A DNA stretch of 64,000 bases from an uncultured Oscillospiraceae bacterium (GTDB taxonomy: Bacteria; Bacillota; Clostridia; Christensenellales; CAG-138): the NCBI GenBank assembly GCA_964636405.1, contig CAZWSI010000005.1:17975-81974 (forward strand), read 5' to 3'. Positions 1-9,292 of this stretch are shown in pieces (position 1 is the stretch's first letter; each line of letters opens with the position of its first letter). A program made the position numbers and the translations under genes. The notes beneath the pieces were generated by a model, which had not been told where the DNA came from, ran no database searches, and saw only the letters and a program-made list of their open reading frames with translations.

Positions 1-79
1 CATACGGAAGTATAGGTGCGCGGGCAAAAAAATATGTCCGGCGCGGCAAGCGTCGGACACAAAACGCAAAACTTCGACC

Positions 80-406
80 TTAAGACTTGACTTCCTCGTC
101 CAGCGTGTTTTCCACGCCGGCCTCGTCCACCTGAGAAACCGCGCCACGGGCGAAAACCAGCTTGACCTTGTCGGGCCCAACCTGCAAAACGACGATATCA
201 TCCTTTACGGAGCTAATGGTGCCGTAGATGCCGCCGATGGTGCGCACGCGGTCTCCGGGTTTGAGGGCGGCCAGCATGGCCTTGACCTTTTTGTCACGGC
301 GGCGCTGAGGGATGATCATAATCGCAAACATGGCGATCATGAGGACAATCAGGATACCGTAGCTGGAGAAAAACGAGCCGACGCCCGACATGGTTTCTGC
401 ATTCAT
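80..406 (-). CDS. yajC: Preprotein translocase subunit YajC
   Basis: Single N-terminal TM helix, then IIPQRRRDK...LKPGDRVRTIGGIYGTI, the YajC signature. Confidence 0.95.
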   Translation of the reverse strand: MNAETMSGVGSFFSSYGILIVLMIAMFAIMIIPQRRRDKKVKAMLAALKPGDRVRTIGGIYGTISSVKDDIVVLQVGPDKVKLVFARGAVSQVDEAGVENTLDEEVKS

Positions 407-496
407 TCTTTTTGCGTTACCTTTCGTGGTTTTATTGCTTAAGTGTATCCGATTGTGTAGTTTGCGTCAAGTATTTCACACAAAGTATTCCGCTCA

Positions 497-532
497 AAAG
501 CAAAAGCGACCCCTTCGGATCGCTTTTGCTTT
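497..532 (-). terminator. Rho-independent terminator-like hairpin after the 56-aa gene
   Basis: Inverted repeat AAAGCAAAAGCGA...TCGCTTTTGCTTT just after the stop codon at 539. Confidence 0.7.
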
Positions 533-538
533 GGCCGC

Positions 539-709
539 TTATTTGGCCATCATGCTCCCTAAATCGCACATCGTCCGCTTCGCGCTGCGAACTGCGCGCT
601 TCCCGTCGCGCATCATTCTCCTGGGCACGTCGGGATACAAGGAATTGACAACCGTCAGCGTGATCGCAGCGCCTGCAATCATACCAAGTCCCATAGCAAT
701 CGACCGCAT
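539..709 (-). CDS. Small 56-aa membrane-anchored basic protein (not in the ORF track)
   Basis: MRSIAMGLGMIAGAAITLTVVNSLYPDVPRRMMRDGKRAVRSAKRTMCDLGSMMAK*; strong RBS GAGGTG 6 nt before ATG; hydrophobic Gly-rich N-terminus; own terminator. Confidence 0.75.
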   Translation of the reverse strand: MRSIAMGLGMIAGAAITLTVVNSLYPDVPRRMMRDGKRAVRSAKRTMCDLGSMMAK

Positions 710-780
710 ACTTTTTCACCTCGCTATTCTGTTTGCCGCGCTACAATATGTAGTATGGACAGAATGCGCGAAAAAAGCCG

Positions 781-1167
781 TCAGGGCTCGTTCCTTTTTT
801 TGTTAGCGTTGTAATTGTCGATCGCGGCCTTGACCGCTTCCTCGGCAAGCACGCTGCAATGGATCTTCTGCGGCGGAAGGCCCTCAAGCGCCTCCACAAC
901 GGCGGCGTTCGTGAGCTTGAGCGCATCCTCCACCTTTTTGCCCTTGATCATTTCGGTTGCCATGGACGAGGTGGCGACGGCGGCGCCGCAGCCGAAGGTC
1001 TTAAACTTAACGTCCTCGATCACCTCATCCTCGTTGACCTTGATAAAAATCTGCATAATGTCGCCGCACTTCGCGTTGCCAACCGTCCCAACGCCGCTGG
1101 CGTCAGGGATTTCGCCCACGTTTCTTGGGTTTTGAAAGTGATCCATAACTTGCTCTGTGTACATCAT
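781..1167 (-). CDS. iscU: Fe-S cluster scaffold NifU/IscU
   Basis: MMYTEQVMDHFQNPRNVG, GNAKCGD, FGCGAAVA, KIHCSVLA; RBS GGAGG; overlaps the iscS stop. Confidence 0.95.
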   Translation of the reverse strand: MMYTEQVMDHFQNPRNVGEIPDASGVGTVGNAKCGDIMQIFIKVNEDEVIEDVKFKTFGCGAAVATSSMATEMIKGKKVEDALKLTNAAVVEALEGLPPQKIHCSVLAEEAVKAAIDNYNANKKRNEP

Positions 1168-2342
1168 TTTGCATTTCCTCCATGATAAAGCGGCGACATG
1201 TCGCGAAGGCGTTGAACGATCTTCGGCAGCAGGTCGAGTACATAGTCGATTTCCTCCGGCGTGGTATAGTCGGAGAGCGTGAGGCGGAGCGAGCCGTGCG
1301 CAATCTCGTGCGGAAGCCCCATGGCCAGCAGCACGTGGGAAGGATCGAGCGAGCCAGAGGTGCACGCCGAGCCGCTCGACGCCGCCACGCCGTTGAGGTC
1401 AAGCATGAGCAGCATGGACTCGCCCTCAATATAGCGAATGCTGAAATTCACATTATTCGGCAAGCGCTCGCTTGGATGCCCGTTGAGCTTGATTTCGGGA
1501 ATGACGGACGGCAAGCCGAAGATGAGCCTGTCGCGCAGGACCTTTTGATAGGCCGCGTTTTCCTCCATATGCTCGATCGCGTCGGTAAGCGCCACGCCGA
1601 GTCCAACAACGCCCGGTACGTTCTCGGTGCCTGCGCGCTTATTGCGCTCCTGTCCGCCGCCCAATATGAGCGCGGGCAGGCGAACGCCCTTCTTCACATA
1701 CAGCGCGCCCACGCCCTTCGGGCCGTGGAACTTGTGCGCGGAGAGCGAAAGCAGATCGATGTGCAGGCTTTGCACGTCGATGGGCACATGCCCCACCGCC
1801 TGCACCGCGTCGGTGTGAAAGAGCACGCCCTTTTCGTGGCAGATCGAGCCGATTTCGGAGATGGGCATGATCGTGCCAACCTCATTATTGGCAAACATGA
1901 TGGAAACGAGCACCGTGTCGGGCCGGATGGCCGCGCGCAGCGCTTCGGGCGAAACCCGACCGTATTCGTCCACGGGCAGGAGCGTAACTTCCGCCAGCCC
2001 CTCCTTCTCCATGGCTTCGAGCGTGTGGAGGATTGCATGGTGCTCCACGGCGGAGCTGATGATATGCTTCCCCTTTTTTTTATAGGCGGAGGCTATGCCG
2101 CGCAAAACCATATTGTCGCCTTCGGACCCGCCGCCGGTAAAAATGATCTCGTCGGGGCTTTGCGCATGGAGCGCGTGTGCAACCCTTTCGCGGGCCTCGG
2201 AAAGCCCCTTTGCCGCGTCGCGCGCAAAGCCGTGCAGACTGGACGGATTCCCGTAATACTCGCTCATATACGGAATCATGGCGTCAATTGCCTTTTGGCT
2301 TACGCGCGTAGTAGCCGCGTTGTCAAGATAAACCTTTTGCAT
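1164..2342 (-). CDS. iscS: Cysteine desulfurase NifS/IscS
   Basis: YLDNAATT, SAHKFHGPKG (PLP lysine), SSGSACTS (catalytic Cys). Confidence 0.96.
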   Translation of the reverse strand: MQKVYLDNAATTRVSQKAIDAMIPYMSEYYGNPSSLHGFARDAAKGLSEARERVAHALHAQSPDEIIFTGGGSEGDNMVLRGIASAYKKKGKHIISSAVEHHAILHTLEAMEKEGLAEVTLLPVDEYGRVSPEALRAAIRPDTVLVSIMFANNEVGTIMPISEIGSICHEKGVLFHTDAVQAVGHVPIDVQSLHIDLLSLSAHKFHGPKGVGALYVKKGVRLPALILGGGQERNKRAGTENVPGVVGLGVALTDAIEHMEENAAYQKVLRDRLIFGLPSVIPEIKLNGHPSERLPNNVNFSIRYIEGESMLLMLDLNGVAASSGSACTSGSLDPSHVLLAMGLPHEIAHGSLRLTLSDYTTPEEIDYVLDLLPKIVQRLRDMSPLYHGGNAK

Positions 2343-2772
2343 GCTCAATTCGCCTCTTTTGTTCCAAATAATCGTTGGCCAGGTCGCCTATGGTCGTATC
2401 GTTCAGCACCGTGTTGATGCGGGCTTGCAGCGTTAAAAACAAGGGGCGGGCAGCGCAGGTGCAGGCGTTCTCACAGGCCTTTTTGCCTGTGCCTACGCAA
2501 TCCGCCACGTCCGTTGAACCCTCGAGCGCCATGAGCACCCTGCCAACCGGCAGCGTTTCCGGCGCGCAGGCAAGCGCATAGCCGCCGCTTGCCCCGCGGG
2601 CTGTTTCCACAACGCCTTCATTGCGAAGCTTTCGCAGCAGACGCTCCAAATATGCTTCCGAAATCCCTTGGCTCTCCGCAAGCGAGGCAAGCGTCACCGG
2701 CCCGCCGCCGTATGAAACGGCGAGGTCAACCACCGCTTTTAACCCGTACCGCGCCTTTGTCGAAAGCTTCAT
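2323..2772 (-). CDS. Rrf2-family transcriptional regulator (IscR/CymR-like)
   Basis: MKLSTKARYG, ISEAYLERLL, RGASGGY, Cys cluster CVGTGKKACENACTC; heads the iscS-iscU operon. Confidence 0.92.
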   Translation of the reverse strand: MKLSTKARYGLKAVVDLAVSYGGGPVTLASLAESQGISEAYLERLLRKLRNEGVVETARGASGGYALACAPETLPVGRVLMALEGSTDVADCVGTGKKACENACTCAARPLFLTLQARINTVLNDTTIGDLANDYLEQKRRIEHAKGLS

Positions 2773-2781
2773 GTCAATACC

Positions 2782-2838
2782 CAACCAAACTGGTTGCCTT
2801 TCTGGTCGAACAGTACCACGCGTACCGCATTTTGTCAA
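2782..2838 (-). promoter_or_regulatory. sigmaA promoter and palindromic operator of the rrf2-iscSU operon
   Basis: Minus strand TTGACA(2838-2833)-N17-TACTGT(2815-2810); palindrome CAACCA-N3-TGGTTG at 2782-2796 next to the start codon. Confidence 0.6.
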
Positions 2839-3050
2839 GACGCAATCAAAACGGCCATGCGGCGACCTGCCATAATTGTTTGCTTTTGCCCCAAAATGAT
2901 ATTCGACACAAAACAAGCATCGTGTCTATTTACGAACACGGAATTTAAAAATGCCTGTTGTTGCAGGAGAGCCGCATTTCTATAATGACAGTATCCAGTG
3001 CAAAACAAGAACCGCGCGGCGGTTTACTTTTTTGTGAGGTAAGGCCCTTG

Positions 3051-5120
3051 ATGGATCGATTCTGCAATTCCATATTGCGGCGGCATCGGCTCGTTATCAT
3101 ATTGTTTGCGATTGCAAGCGTGATTTGCGCGTTTCTTTTTACCGGCGTTGTGATCAATTACGACATGGTGGATTATCTGCCGCAAAACGCGCCCTCCACG
3201 CACGCGCTCACGGTGATGGAAAGCGAATTTACCCAGTCCGTGCCGAACGCGCGCGTCATGATCGAGGGCGTGGATATTCAGGAGGCGCTTGCTTACAAAA
3301 AGCGGCTCGCAGCCATCGACGGCGTTTCCGATGTGATGTGGCTCGACGATGTGGTGGATATCAAGCAGCCCCTCGAACAGGCGGATCAAAGCTACGTGGA
3401 CGGCTATTACCGGGGCGATACGGCTCTTATCACGCTGACGGTCGGAAAGGGCCTGGAATCGCCCGCCATCGCGGCCATTTATGAGATCATCGGCGAGCGC
3501 GGCGCGGTTTCGGGCGACGCCGCGGCCTCGGCGGCCTATCAGGCATTGTCCTCGCAGGAGTCCCTTAAGGCCATCGTCTGCCTTATTCCGGTCGTCATTC
3601 TGATTTTGCTTGTTTCCACGCGTTCATGGCTCGAGCCTGTGCTTTTCTTGCTCACTATAGGCGTGGCGGTTATCATCAACATGGGCTCAAATCTCATTTT
3701 TGATAACGTATCCTATGTGACCTTTGCCATCAGTCCCATTCTGCAGATGGCCGTGTCGCTTGACTATGCCATTTTTTTGCTCCACAGCTTTGAAGCCTTC
3801 CGCGAGCAGACGAACGACGTAAATGAGGCCATGCGCCTTGCGATACGGCGTTCGTTCCCCTCGGTTCTGGCAAGCGCGCTTACCACGCTCCTCGGCTTCC
3901 TTGTGCTCATTCTGATGCGCTTCCGGCTGGGAGCCGACCTGGGTCTGAATCTTGCCAAGGGCATTGTGCTCAGCCTGATTTCCGCCATGATATTCTTGCC
4001 CGCGCTGACGATTTCATGTCTGAAATACATCGACAAGACGCGGCATCGCTCCTTTATGCCCAGCTTTCGCCGCGCGGGGAAGGTCGTTGCGGGGCTCCGC
4101 GCCCCTGTGCTCATACTGGTGCTGCTTCTGCTCGTGCCCGCATACCTTGGCCAGCGGGAAAACAGCTTTACCTACGGCACGGGCGATTTGGACCGCAATA
4201 CACGCGCGGGTGCGGATGAGCAGCGCATTCTGGACGAATTTGGCGCGTCCACGCCTATCGTGGTGCTCGTACCCAAGGGCGAGTATGCCAGGGAGGTCGC
4301 TCTTTGCAACGAGTATAAGGAAATGCGGCACATTACCTCCGTTATCTCCTACGCGACCGCCGTCGGGATCGAAATCCCGAGCGATTACCTCGACAAAAGC
4401 ATTGTCTCGCAGTTTTATTCCGAGAATTACTGCCGCATCATTCTGTATGCCGCAACGCCGAACGAGGGCGAGCTGGCCTTTCAGGTCGTCGAGCAGGTGC
4501 GCGCCGCCGCAGCGCGCTATTATGGCGACGCGCCGCTTACCTGCGGCCAAAGCATGGTGCTCTACGACATGCGCGACGTGGTGGAAAGCGACAATTCATT
4601 GGTAAACCTCCTCGCTGTTTTGACCATCGGCCTTGTGCTCATGCTCACGTTTAAGTCGGTATCGCTTCCGCTGATCCTGCTGCTTACGATCGAAACGGCC
4701 ATCTGGATTAACCTTTCCATTCCGTATTTTTCCAATATAGCGCTCTGCTACATCGGCTATCTGGTCATAAGCACCGTGCAGCTTGGCGCGACGGTGGATT
4801 ATGCGATCCTTTATACGGATCACTACGTGTCCTCGCGTTACAGCCTGCCGCCGCTGGAATCGATTTACAAGACCGCGAACGAAACGACGGGCTCCATCCT
4901 CGTTTCGGGCACGATTCTCTCCACGGCGGGGTTTATCATCGGTTTTTCGTCTACAAACGAAATTGTAAGCGCGCTCGGCACCCTGATTGGGCGCGGCGCG
5001 CTGATGTCTCTTGCGCTCGTGCTGCTGTTTTTGCCGGCCGAGCTGACGGCGCTTGACCCGTTGATTCGCCTCAGTACGGTTAAGGCTGATTTTTGCCCGA
5101 AAAGGAAGCGATTGAAATGA
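3051..5120 (+). CDS. MMPL/RND-family transporter
   Basis: Two repeats of TM plus extracytoplasmic loop; INYDMVDYLP, LQMAVSLDYAIFLLH, QLGATVDYAILY motifs. Confidence 0.9.
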   Translation: MDRFCNSILRRHRLVIILFAIASVICAFLFTGVVINYDMVDYLPQNAPSTHALTVMESEFTQSVPNARVMIEGVDIQEALAYKKRLAAIDGVSDVMWLDDVVDIKQPLEQADQSYVDGYYRGDTALITLTVGKGLESPAIAAIYEIIGERGAVSGDAAASAAYQALSSQESLKAIVCLIPVVILILLVSTRSWLEPVLFLLTIGVAVIINMGSNLIFDNVSYVTFAISPILQMAVSLDYAIFLLHSFEAFREQTNDVNEAMRLAIRRSFPSVLASALTTLLGFLVLILMRFRLGADLGLNLAKGIVLSLISAMIFLPALTISCLKYIDKTRHRSFMPSFRRAGKVVAGLRAPVLILVLLLLVPAYLGQRENSFTYGTGDLDRNTRAGADEQRILDEFGASTPIVVLVPKGEYAREVALCNEYKEMRHITSVISYATAVGIEIPSDYLDKSIVSQFYSENYCRIILYAATPNEGELAFQVVEQVRAAAARYYGDAPLTCGQSMVLYDMRDVVESDNSLVNLLAVLTIGLVLMLTFKSVSLPLILLLTIETAIWINLSIPYFSNIALCYIGYLVISTVQLGATVDYAILYTDHYVSSRYSLPPLESIYKTANETTGSILVSGTILSTAGFIIGFSSTNEIVSALGTLIGRGALMSLALVLLFLPAELTALDPLIRLSTVKADFCPKRKRLK

Positions 5121-7030
5121 AAAGAAAGTGTTTTTTAAGGCTTTTTGCCGCGATGCTCGCCGTTTTTTTATGGCTTCTGGCGCTGCCAGCCTATGCGGAG
5201 GAGAGCGCCGCGCCGCCGGCGGATGGCACGGAAACCGACAGGAATGCGGCTTTAGAGGCCGACGAGGCCAACGCAGAGGACGATGCGGCTCCGGCTATCG
5301 ACCCGAACCTGCCAACCAAGGAGGAGGTCGTTTACGCGAACCTCGACAACACGGGCGCGGTGCAGAAGGCCTACGTGGTAAACATCTTTAATTTGTTGGA
5401 GGACGGCGAGATACTGGATTACGGCGATTATACCTCCGTGCTGAATCTCACCAGCACCGAGCCGCTTGTGCGCGCGGGCATGAGAACGAGCGTTTTCGCA
5501 TCCGCTGGCCGCTTTTATTATCAGGGCAATCTGACTGCAAAGCTGTTGCCGTGGAGCTTCCGTATCGGCTATACGCTGGACGGCACGGAGATTGCCGCAA
5601 GCGAGCTGGCCGGGCAAAGCGGCGCGCTCGTGCTCACGCTCACCTCCGAGCGCAGCGGCGTGGTCGATCCCTCCTTTGCCGAAAACTACATGCTGCAAAT
5701 CTCCGTTACGCTGGACGCGCGCTTGTGCAAAGACATTGTCGCGGAGGGCGCCACGCCCGCCAACGCAGGCAACAACCGCATTTACACCTTTACCGTCATG
5801 CCGGGCAGCGACGCGAATATCCGCGTTTCGGCAAACGTAACGAACTTTACCATGACCGGCGTGACCATCAACGCCGTTCCGTTTTCCCTGACCATTGACG
5901 GCGACATTGTGGATACGGGAAGCTTTACGGGCGAGCTCACCCAGCTTCAGGACGCGATCGGACAGGTCAACGAAGGCGCTTCGGCCCTTACGGAGGGCAT
6001 AGAGGCGCTCAAAAACGGCTGCAAAAAGCTGCGGAGCGGCTCGTCCCAGTTTAAGAACGGGCTCAACGAGCTTTCGGCAAACTCCGGCCAGCTTCGGTCC
6101 GGCTCCGCCCAGATTGCGGACGCGGCCAGGCAATTTGACGGCGTGATGGGCTCCATCAGCGAGGCGATCAGGGGCATTGTAAACGGGGCCGATGTAAGCG
6201 ATCTTCCGGCCGTGCTGCGCGGGACGGCGGATTCGCTTGAGAGCGCGGCGGGAACCTTAAGCGGCGCGGCGGGCTCCCTCGGTTCGCTGCAAAGCGAGAT
6301 CGACAGCCTGTCGACCGTAGATACCTCGGGCGTAAAGGCGACGCCCGAATATGCGGCAAGCGCAGAGATCCAGAGCTTTGTTTCTCAGGTGGACCAGCAA
6401 AACGACCGCATCCGCTCGGTTCGCCAATCAGCGGACGCCACCATTCCGGCGCTTATCAATACCCTCAACGAGCTGTCGGGCAAAATGCGCGGCGCCGCTT
6501 CGCTTTTGCGCAGCGTGGCGGATCAAATCGACGGGAGCGGCGGCGGCGCCGCGGGGAACCTTCTGGGCAAGCTTTCGGAGCTGGAAGCCAAGATCCAGCA
6601 GCTTACCGACGGGATCGTCAGCCTGGACGACGGCATCCGGCAGTATACCTACGGCGTGGATCAGCTCGCGGACAATTACCCCTCCATTCACAGCGGCATT
6701 TCCGGCGTCGGCAACGGCCTCACCCAGCTCTTTGGCGGCGCGGAGACGTTTTCCGAGGGTACGGGCCAACTTGCCGAGGAGACGAGCGGTATGGATACCA
6801 TGGTGGAGGAGAAGATCGGCGAGGTGCTTTCCGATTTTGACAAGAGCGATTTTGTGCCCGTGTCCTTTGTCTCCATGCAGAACAAGAATGTGACAGAGGT
6901 GCAGTTTGTCATAAAGGCCGAGGGCGTGTCCGTTGAGGCGGCGCCCGTCGAGGAGGCCGCGCCCGAGGAGAACGCCAGCTTTTGGTCGCGCCTTGCGGAT
7001 CTGCTCGAAAAGTATAAGATCATTCGCTAA
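5117..7030 (+). CDS. Exported YhgE/Pip-like protein with X-X-X-Leu-X-X-Gly heptad repeats (MMPL partner)
   Basis: Signal peptide (...LPAYA), KEEVVYANLD, FYYQG, LxxG heptads, VSFVS..N..VQFVIK C-terminus; ATGA overlap with the MMPL stop. Confidence 0.8.
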   Translation: MKRKCFLRLFAAMLAVFLWLLALPAYAEESAAPPADGTETDRNAALEADEANAEDDAAPAIDPNLPTKEEVVYANLDNTGAVQKAYVVNIFNLLEDGEILDYGDYTSVLNLTSTEPLVRAGMRTSVFASAGRFYYQGNLTAKLLPWSFRIGYTLDGTEIAASELAGQSGALVLTLTSERSGVVDPSFAENYMLQISVTLDARLCKDIVAEGATPANAGNNRIYTFTVMPGSDANIRVSANVTNFTMTGVTINAVPFSLTIDGDIVDTGSFTGELTQLQDAIGQVNEGASALTEGIEALKNGCKKLRSGSSQFKNGLNELSANSGQLRSGSAQIADAARQFDGVMGSISEAIRGIVNGADVSDLPAVLRGTADSLESAAGTLSGAAGSLGSLQSEIDSLSTVDTSGVKATPEYAASAEIQSFVSQVDQQNDRIRSVRQSADATIPALINTLNELSGKMRGAASLLRSVADQIDGSGGGAAGNLLGKLSELEAKIQQLTDGIVSLDDGIRQYTYGVDQLADNYPSIHSGISGVGNGLTQLFGGAETFSEGTGQLAEETSGMDTMVEEKIGEVLSDFDKSDFVPVSFVSMQNKNVTEVQFVIKAEGVSVEAAPVEEAAPEENASFWSRLADLLEKYKIIR

Positions 7031-7132
7031 GCATGCTTTTCTTTTCAGGGAAAAAGAGAAGCAGCAAAAGAAAAGCCAGGGATTTGTTGGTTCACCGGCT
7101 GCGCATTGCGCGAATGTGCAACAACCTGTGCC

Positions 7133-8452
7133 TCACCGCGCGCCCTGCAATCGCGCAAGCACCGCTTTGTTCCTTGTCAGCATGCCGTCTCCGTTCCGCT
7201 GGTAGCGGTAGAATACGTCCCGCATGCGTTCCCTGTTTTCGGGGCTTATCGCGTCCGCGCTTTGGGCGGCAATGCCCTGCCAGCGCGCGTAGGGCGTATA
7301 AAGGTTGTGCAGGCGATGGTCGGTCAGGCGCACGCAAAGCTCTTCCATATAACCATGCGTGGGCAAGGTTTCGTCAAAACCGGCCAACTCGTGAAAGGTC
7401 TGCGCAGAGAGCATGAGCGCGCCGTTTATGGCCGTTACGTTTCGTATACAGTTTGTATAAAAGTTTTGCAGCGGTTTATCTACGGCGTCCCTGTATCCCC
7501 TGTAAAGCGAAACGGGCTGTGGCTCAATGCCGCAAACAAGGCCCGCGCTGATGATACGCCCATCGTCGCCAAGCACCTTCCCCCCAACCGCCCCAACGCC
7601 CGGCAGCAGAGCGAGCGTAAACATGCGCTCCAGCGTGTCCACGCGTTGCGGATAGGCGCCCGCTGGCAAAAACAGCAACGCATCCCCTCTTGCTTCCGAA
7701 GCTGCAAGATTCAGCAGGCGCGCGTGGTTCCCGGCCGCCTCCAATCGGATGCATTGAGCGGCTTTGCTCTCCTTGAGCGCTTGCAGATAGCCGCGCGAAC
7801 GCGGGCCGTAATTGGGCTCGTGCGCGACAATGTAATCGCAGGGCAGCACGCCCCGCGCCGAATCGATGCGCTCAAGCGTGCGGCGCAACGCATCCGCGTC
7901 CCCGTCAAAACGCACGACAATGGACAACCGCTCGGAGGCGCAAAGCCCATAGCGGCGGTCAAAGCTGCCGGGATACAGGCCCTCCCATGCTTCCCCGCCC
8001 AATCCGAGCCTGGTTAGTGCCTGCTGCACATAGGACGGATTTTCAACCGCCTGGGGCATAGGGCCGCTGAAAAGCACCTCCGGGATGTGCGCAACCCCGC
8101 GCGCCATTTCGCTTGCGCGCAGCGTAAAATCATAAAGCGCCTCCTCGCTTTCACAGCAATTGCAGGGCGGCTCGCCGGGCAGCAGCCGCATGCTGCCGCT
8201 GTTTTTAAAAAGGCCCTCCTCCACGGCGATGGGGCAGCCCATATAGTTGCAGGAAAGCAGGGTTTGAGGCGACCAGTCCGGCTTATAAAAGGGTCGCTCG
8301 CTTTCGCCCGCGCAATATGCTTCATCCGCGTAAATGAGCTGCGCGCCGGAAAGCGCGCGCGCGCGAAAACGCGCGGCCGCCTCCGGCAAGAGCGTTCCGC
8401 CGGAGCGGGTAATGATCAGATACGTCCCGTTTTCCGTGTGTAATCGATTCAT
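7133..8452 (-). CDS. Family 2 glycosyltransferase-like protein (truncated/degenerate; start uncertain)
   Basis: LIYADE, PFYKPDWSP, HIPEVL, VGAVGGKVL, NVTAI, LAGFDE, LYTPYA motifs of two-domain GT2 enzymes; DxD-type motifs missing. Confidence 0.7.
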   Translation of the reverse strand: MNRLHTENGTYLIITRSGGTLLPEAAARFRARALSGAQLIYADEAYCAGESERPFYKPDWSPQTLLSCNYMGCPIAVEEGLFKNSGSMRLLPGEPPCNCCESEEALYDFTLRASEMARGVAHIPEVLFSGPMPQAVENPSYVQQALTRLGLGGEAWEGLYPGSFDRRYGLCASERLSIVVRFDGDADALRRTLERIDSARGVLPCDYIVAHEPNYGPRSRGYLQALKESKAAQCIRLEAAGNHARLLNLAASEARGDALLFLPAGAYPQRVDTLERMFTLALLPGVGAVGGKVLGDDGRIISAGLVCGIEPQPVSLYRGYRDAVDKPLQNFYTNCIRNVTAINGALMLSAQTFHELAGFDETLPTHGYMEELCVRLTDHRLHNLYTPYARWQGIAAQSADAISPENRERMRDVFYRYQRNGDGMLTRNKAVLARLQGAR

Positions 8453-8540
8453 ACGCATAGGGTATGAAGCTGAAAGGATATTCATCCTTTCAGCAGAAGG
8501 AAATTCGTGTTTTGAATGAAAAGGGCCAATGAAGAGGCGG

Positions 8541-9236
8541 TCAGTCCCCCGCCGTTTCCTCCACGCCAAGCCCGCGAAGCGTGCACACGCCGATTGCATC
8601 GCGCACTGCCTGCGCCGTTTCCCGCACGTACGAGGGCGGATGCGGCATGGGGTCGAGCGCGTCGCGCCGGCGGTACTGCTGTAAAAAATAGCGCTCCGCG
8701 CCCTCAATAAGCAGAGCCGCTTCCACGATATCCTCACGCGTGAGCTGCGGCGCGAAGGTGGTGCGGAATTCGTGCGGCACGCCCATGTTGCGCAAAACGG
8801 TAATACTTCTTTGAATATCCGCCGTATCCAGCTTGACGCGGGCAATTTCCGCATAGCGGCCAAGCGGCGCTTTTAAATCCATGGCCACATAATCCAATAA
8901 CTCCGCGCGAATGAGCCGCAAAAGCACGTCGGGCCTGAGGCCGTTCGTGTCGAGCTTCACGGCATAGCCCAGCGCGCGCACCCGCCCGATGAACACGTCC
9001 AGATTTTGCTGCAGCATCGGCTCGCCACCAGAAATCGTAACCGCGGTAATGAGGCCAAAACGCTTTTTCAAAAAAGCAAGGATCTGCTCCTCGTCCAGCA
9101 ACGGCGCGCCGCCTGTAAGCAGCTCGCGGTTGTGGCAGTATCCGCAGTTCATGTTGCAGCAGGGTGTAAACACAACCGCGCAGGGCCTGCCCGGATAATC
9201 CACAAGGGAGGTTTTTTGAAAGCCCGCAATCAGCAT
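8541..9236 (-). CDS. nrdG: Anaerobic ribonucleoside-triphosphate reductase activating protein (radical SAM)
   Basis: IAGFQKTSLVDYPG, CNMNCGYCHN, ISGGEP, KLDTNG; directly downstream of nrdD. Confidence 0.93.
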   Translation of the reverse strand: MLIAGFQKTSLVDYPGRPCAVVFTPCCNMNCGYCHNRELLTGGAPLLDEEQILAFLKKRFGLITAVTISGGEPMLQQNLDVFIGRVRALGYAVKLDTNGLRPDVLLRLIRAELLDYVAMDLKAPLGRYAEIARVKLDTADIQRSITVLRNMGVPHEFRTTFAPQLTREDIVEAALLIEGAERYFLQQYRRRDALDPMPHPPSYVRETAQAVRDAIGVCTLRGLGVEETAGD

Positions 9237-9292
9237 AGCCGCCTCAAAAAGCGCACGGCGGCCACGCTTGACCGCCGTGCGAAGGTCGATGC

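Noticed and set aside
432..719. 95-aa Cys-containing ORF on the minus strand
   Set aside because: Runs through a terminator; the overlapping 56-aa frame has the RBS and a protein-like sequence
7035..7076. GCTTTTCTTTT...AAAAGAAAAGC inverted repeat as a MITE/REP
   Set aside because: Single copy between convergent genes; simplest reading is a terminator hairpin
8453..8863. N-terminal extension of the GT2 ORF
   Set aside because: Overlaps nrdG in another frame and looks non-protein-like; similar over-long starts were trimmed for iscU, rrf2, hisS, melB-like, tmcAL and the ABC ATPase
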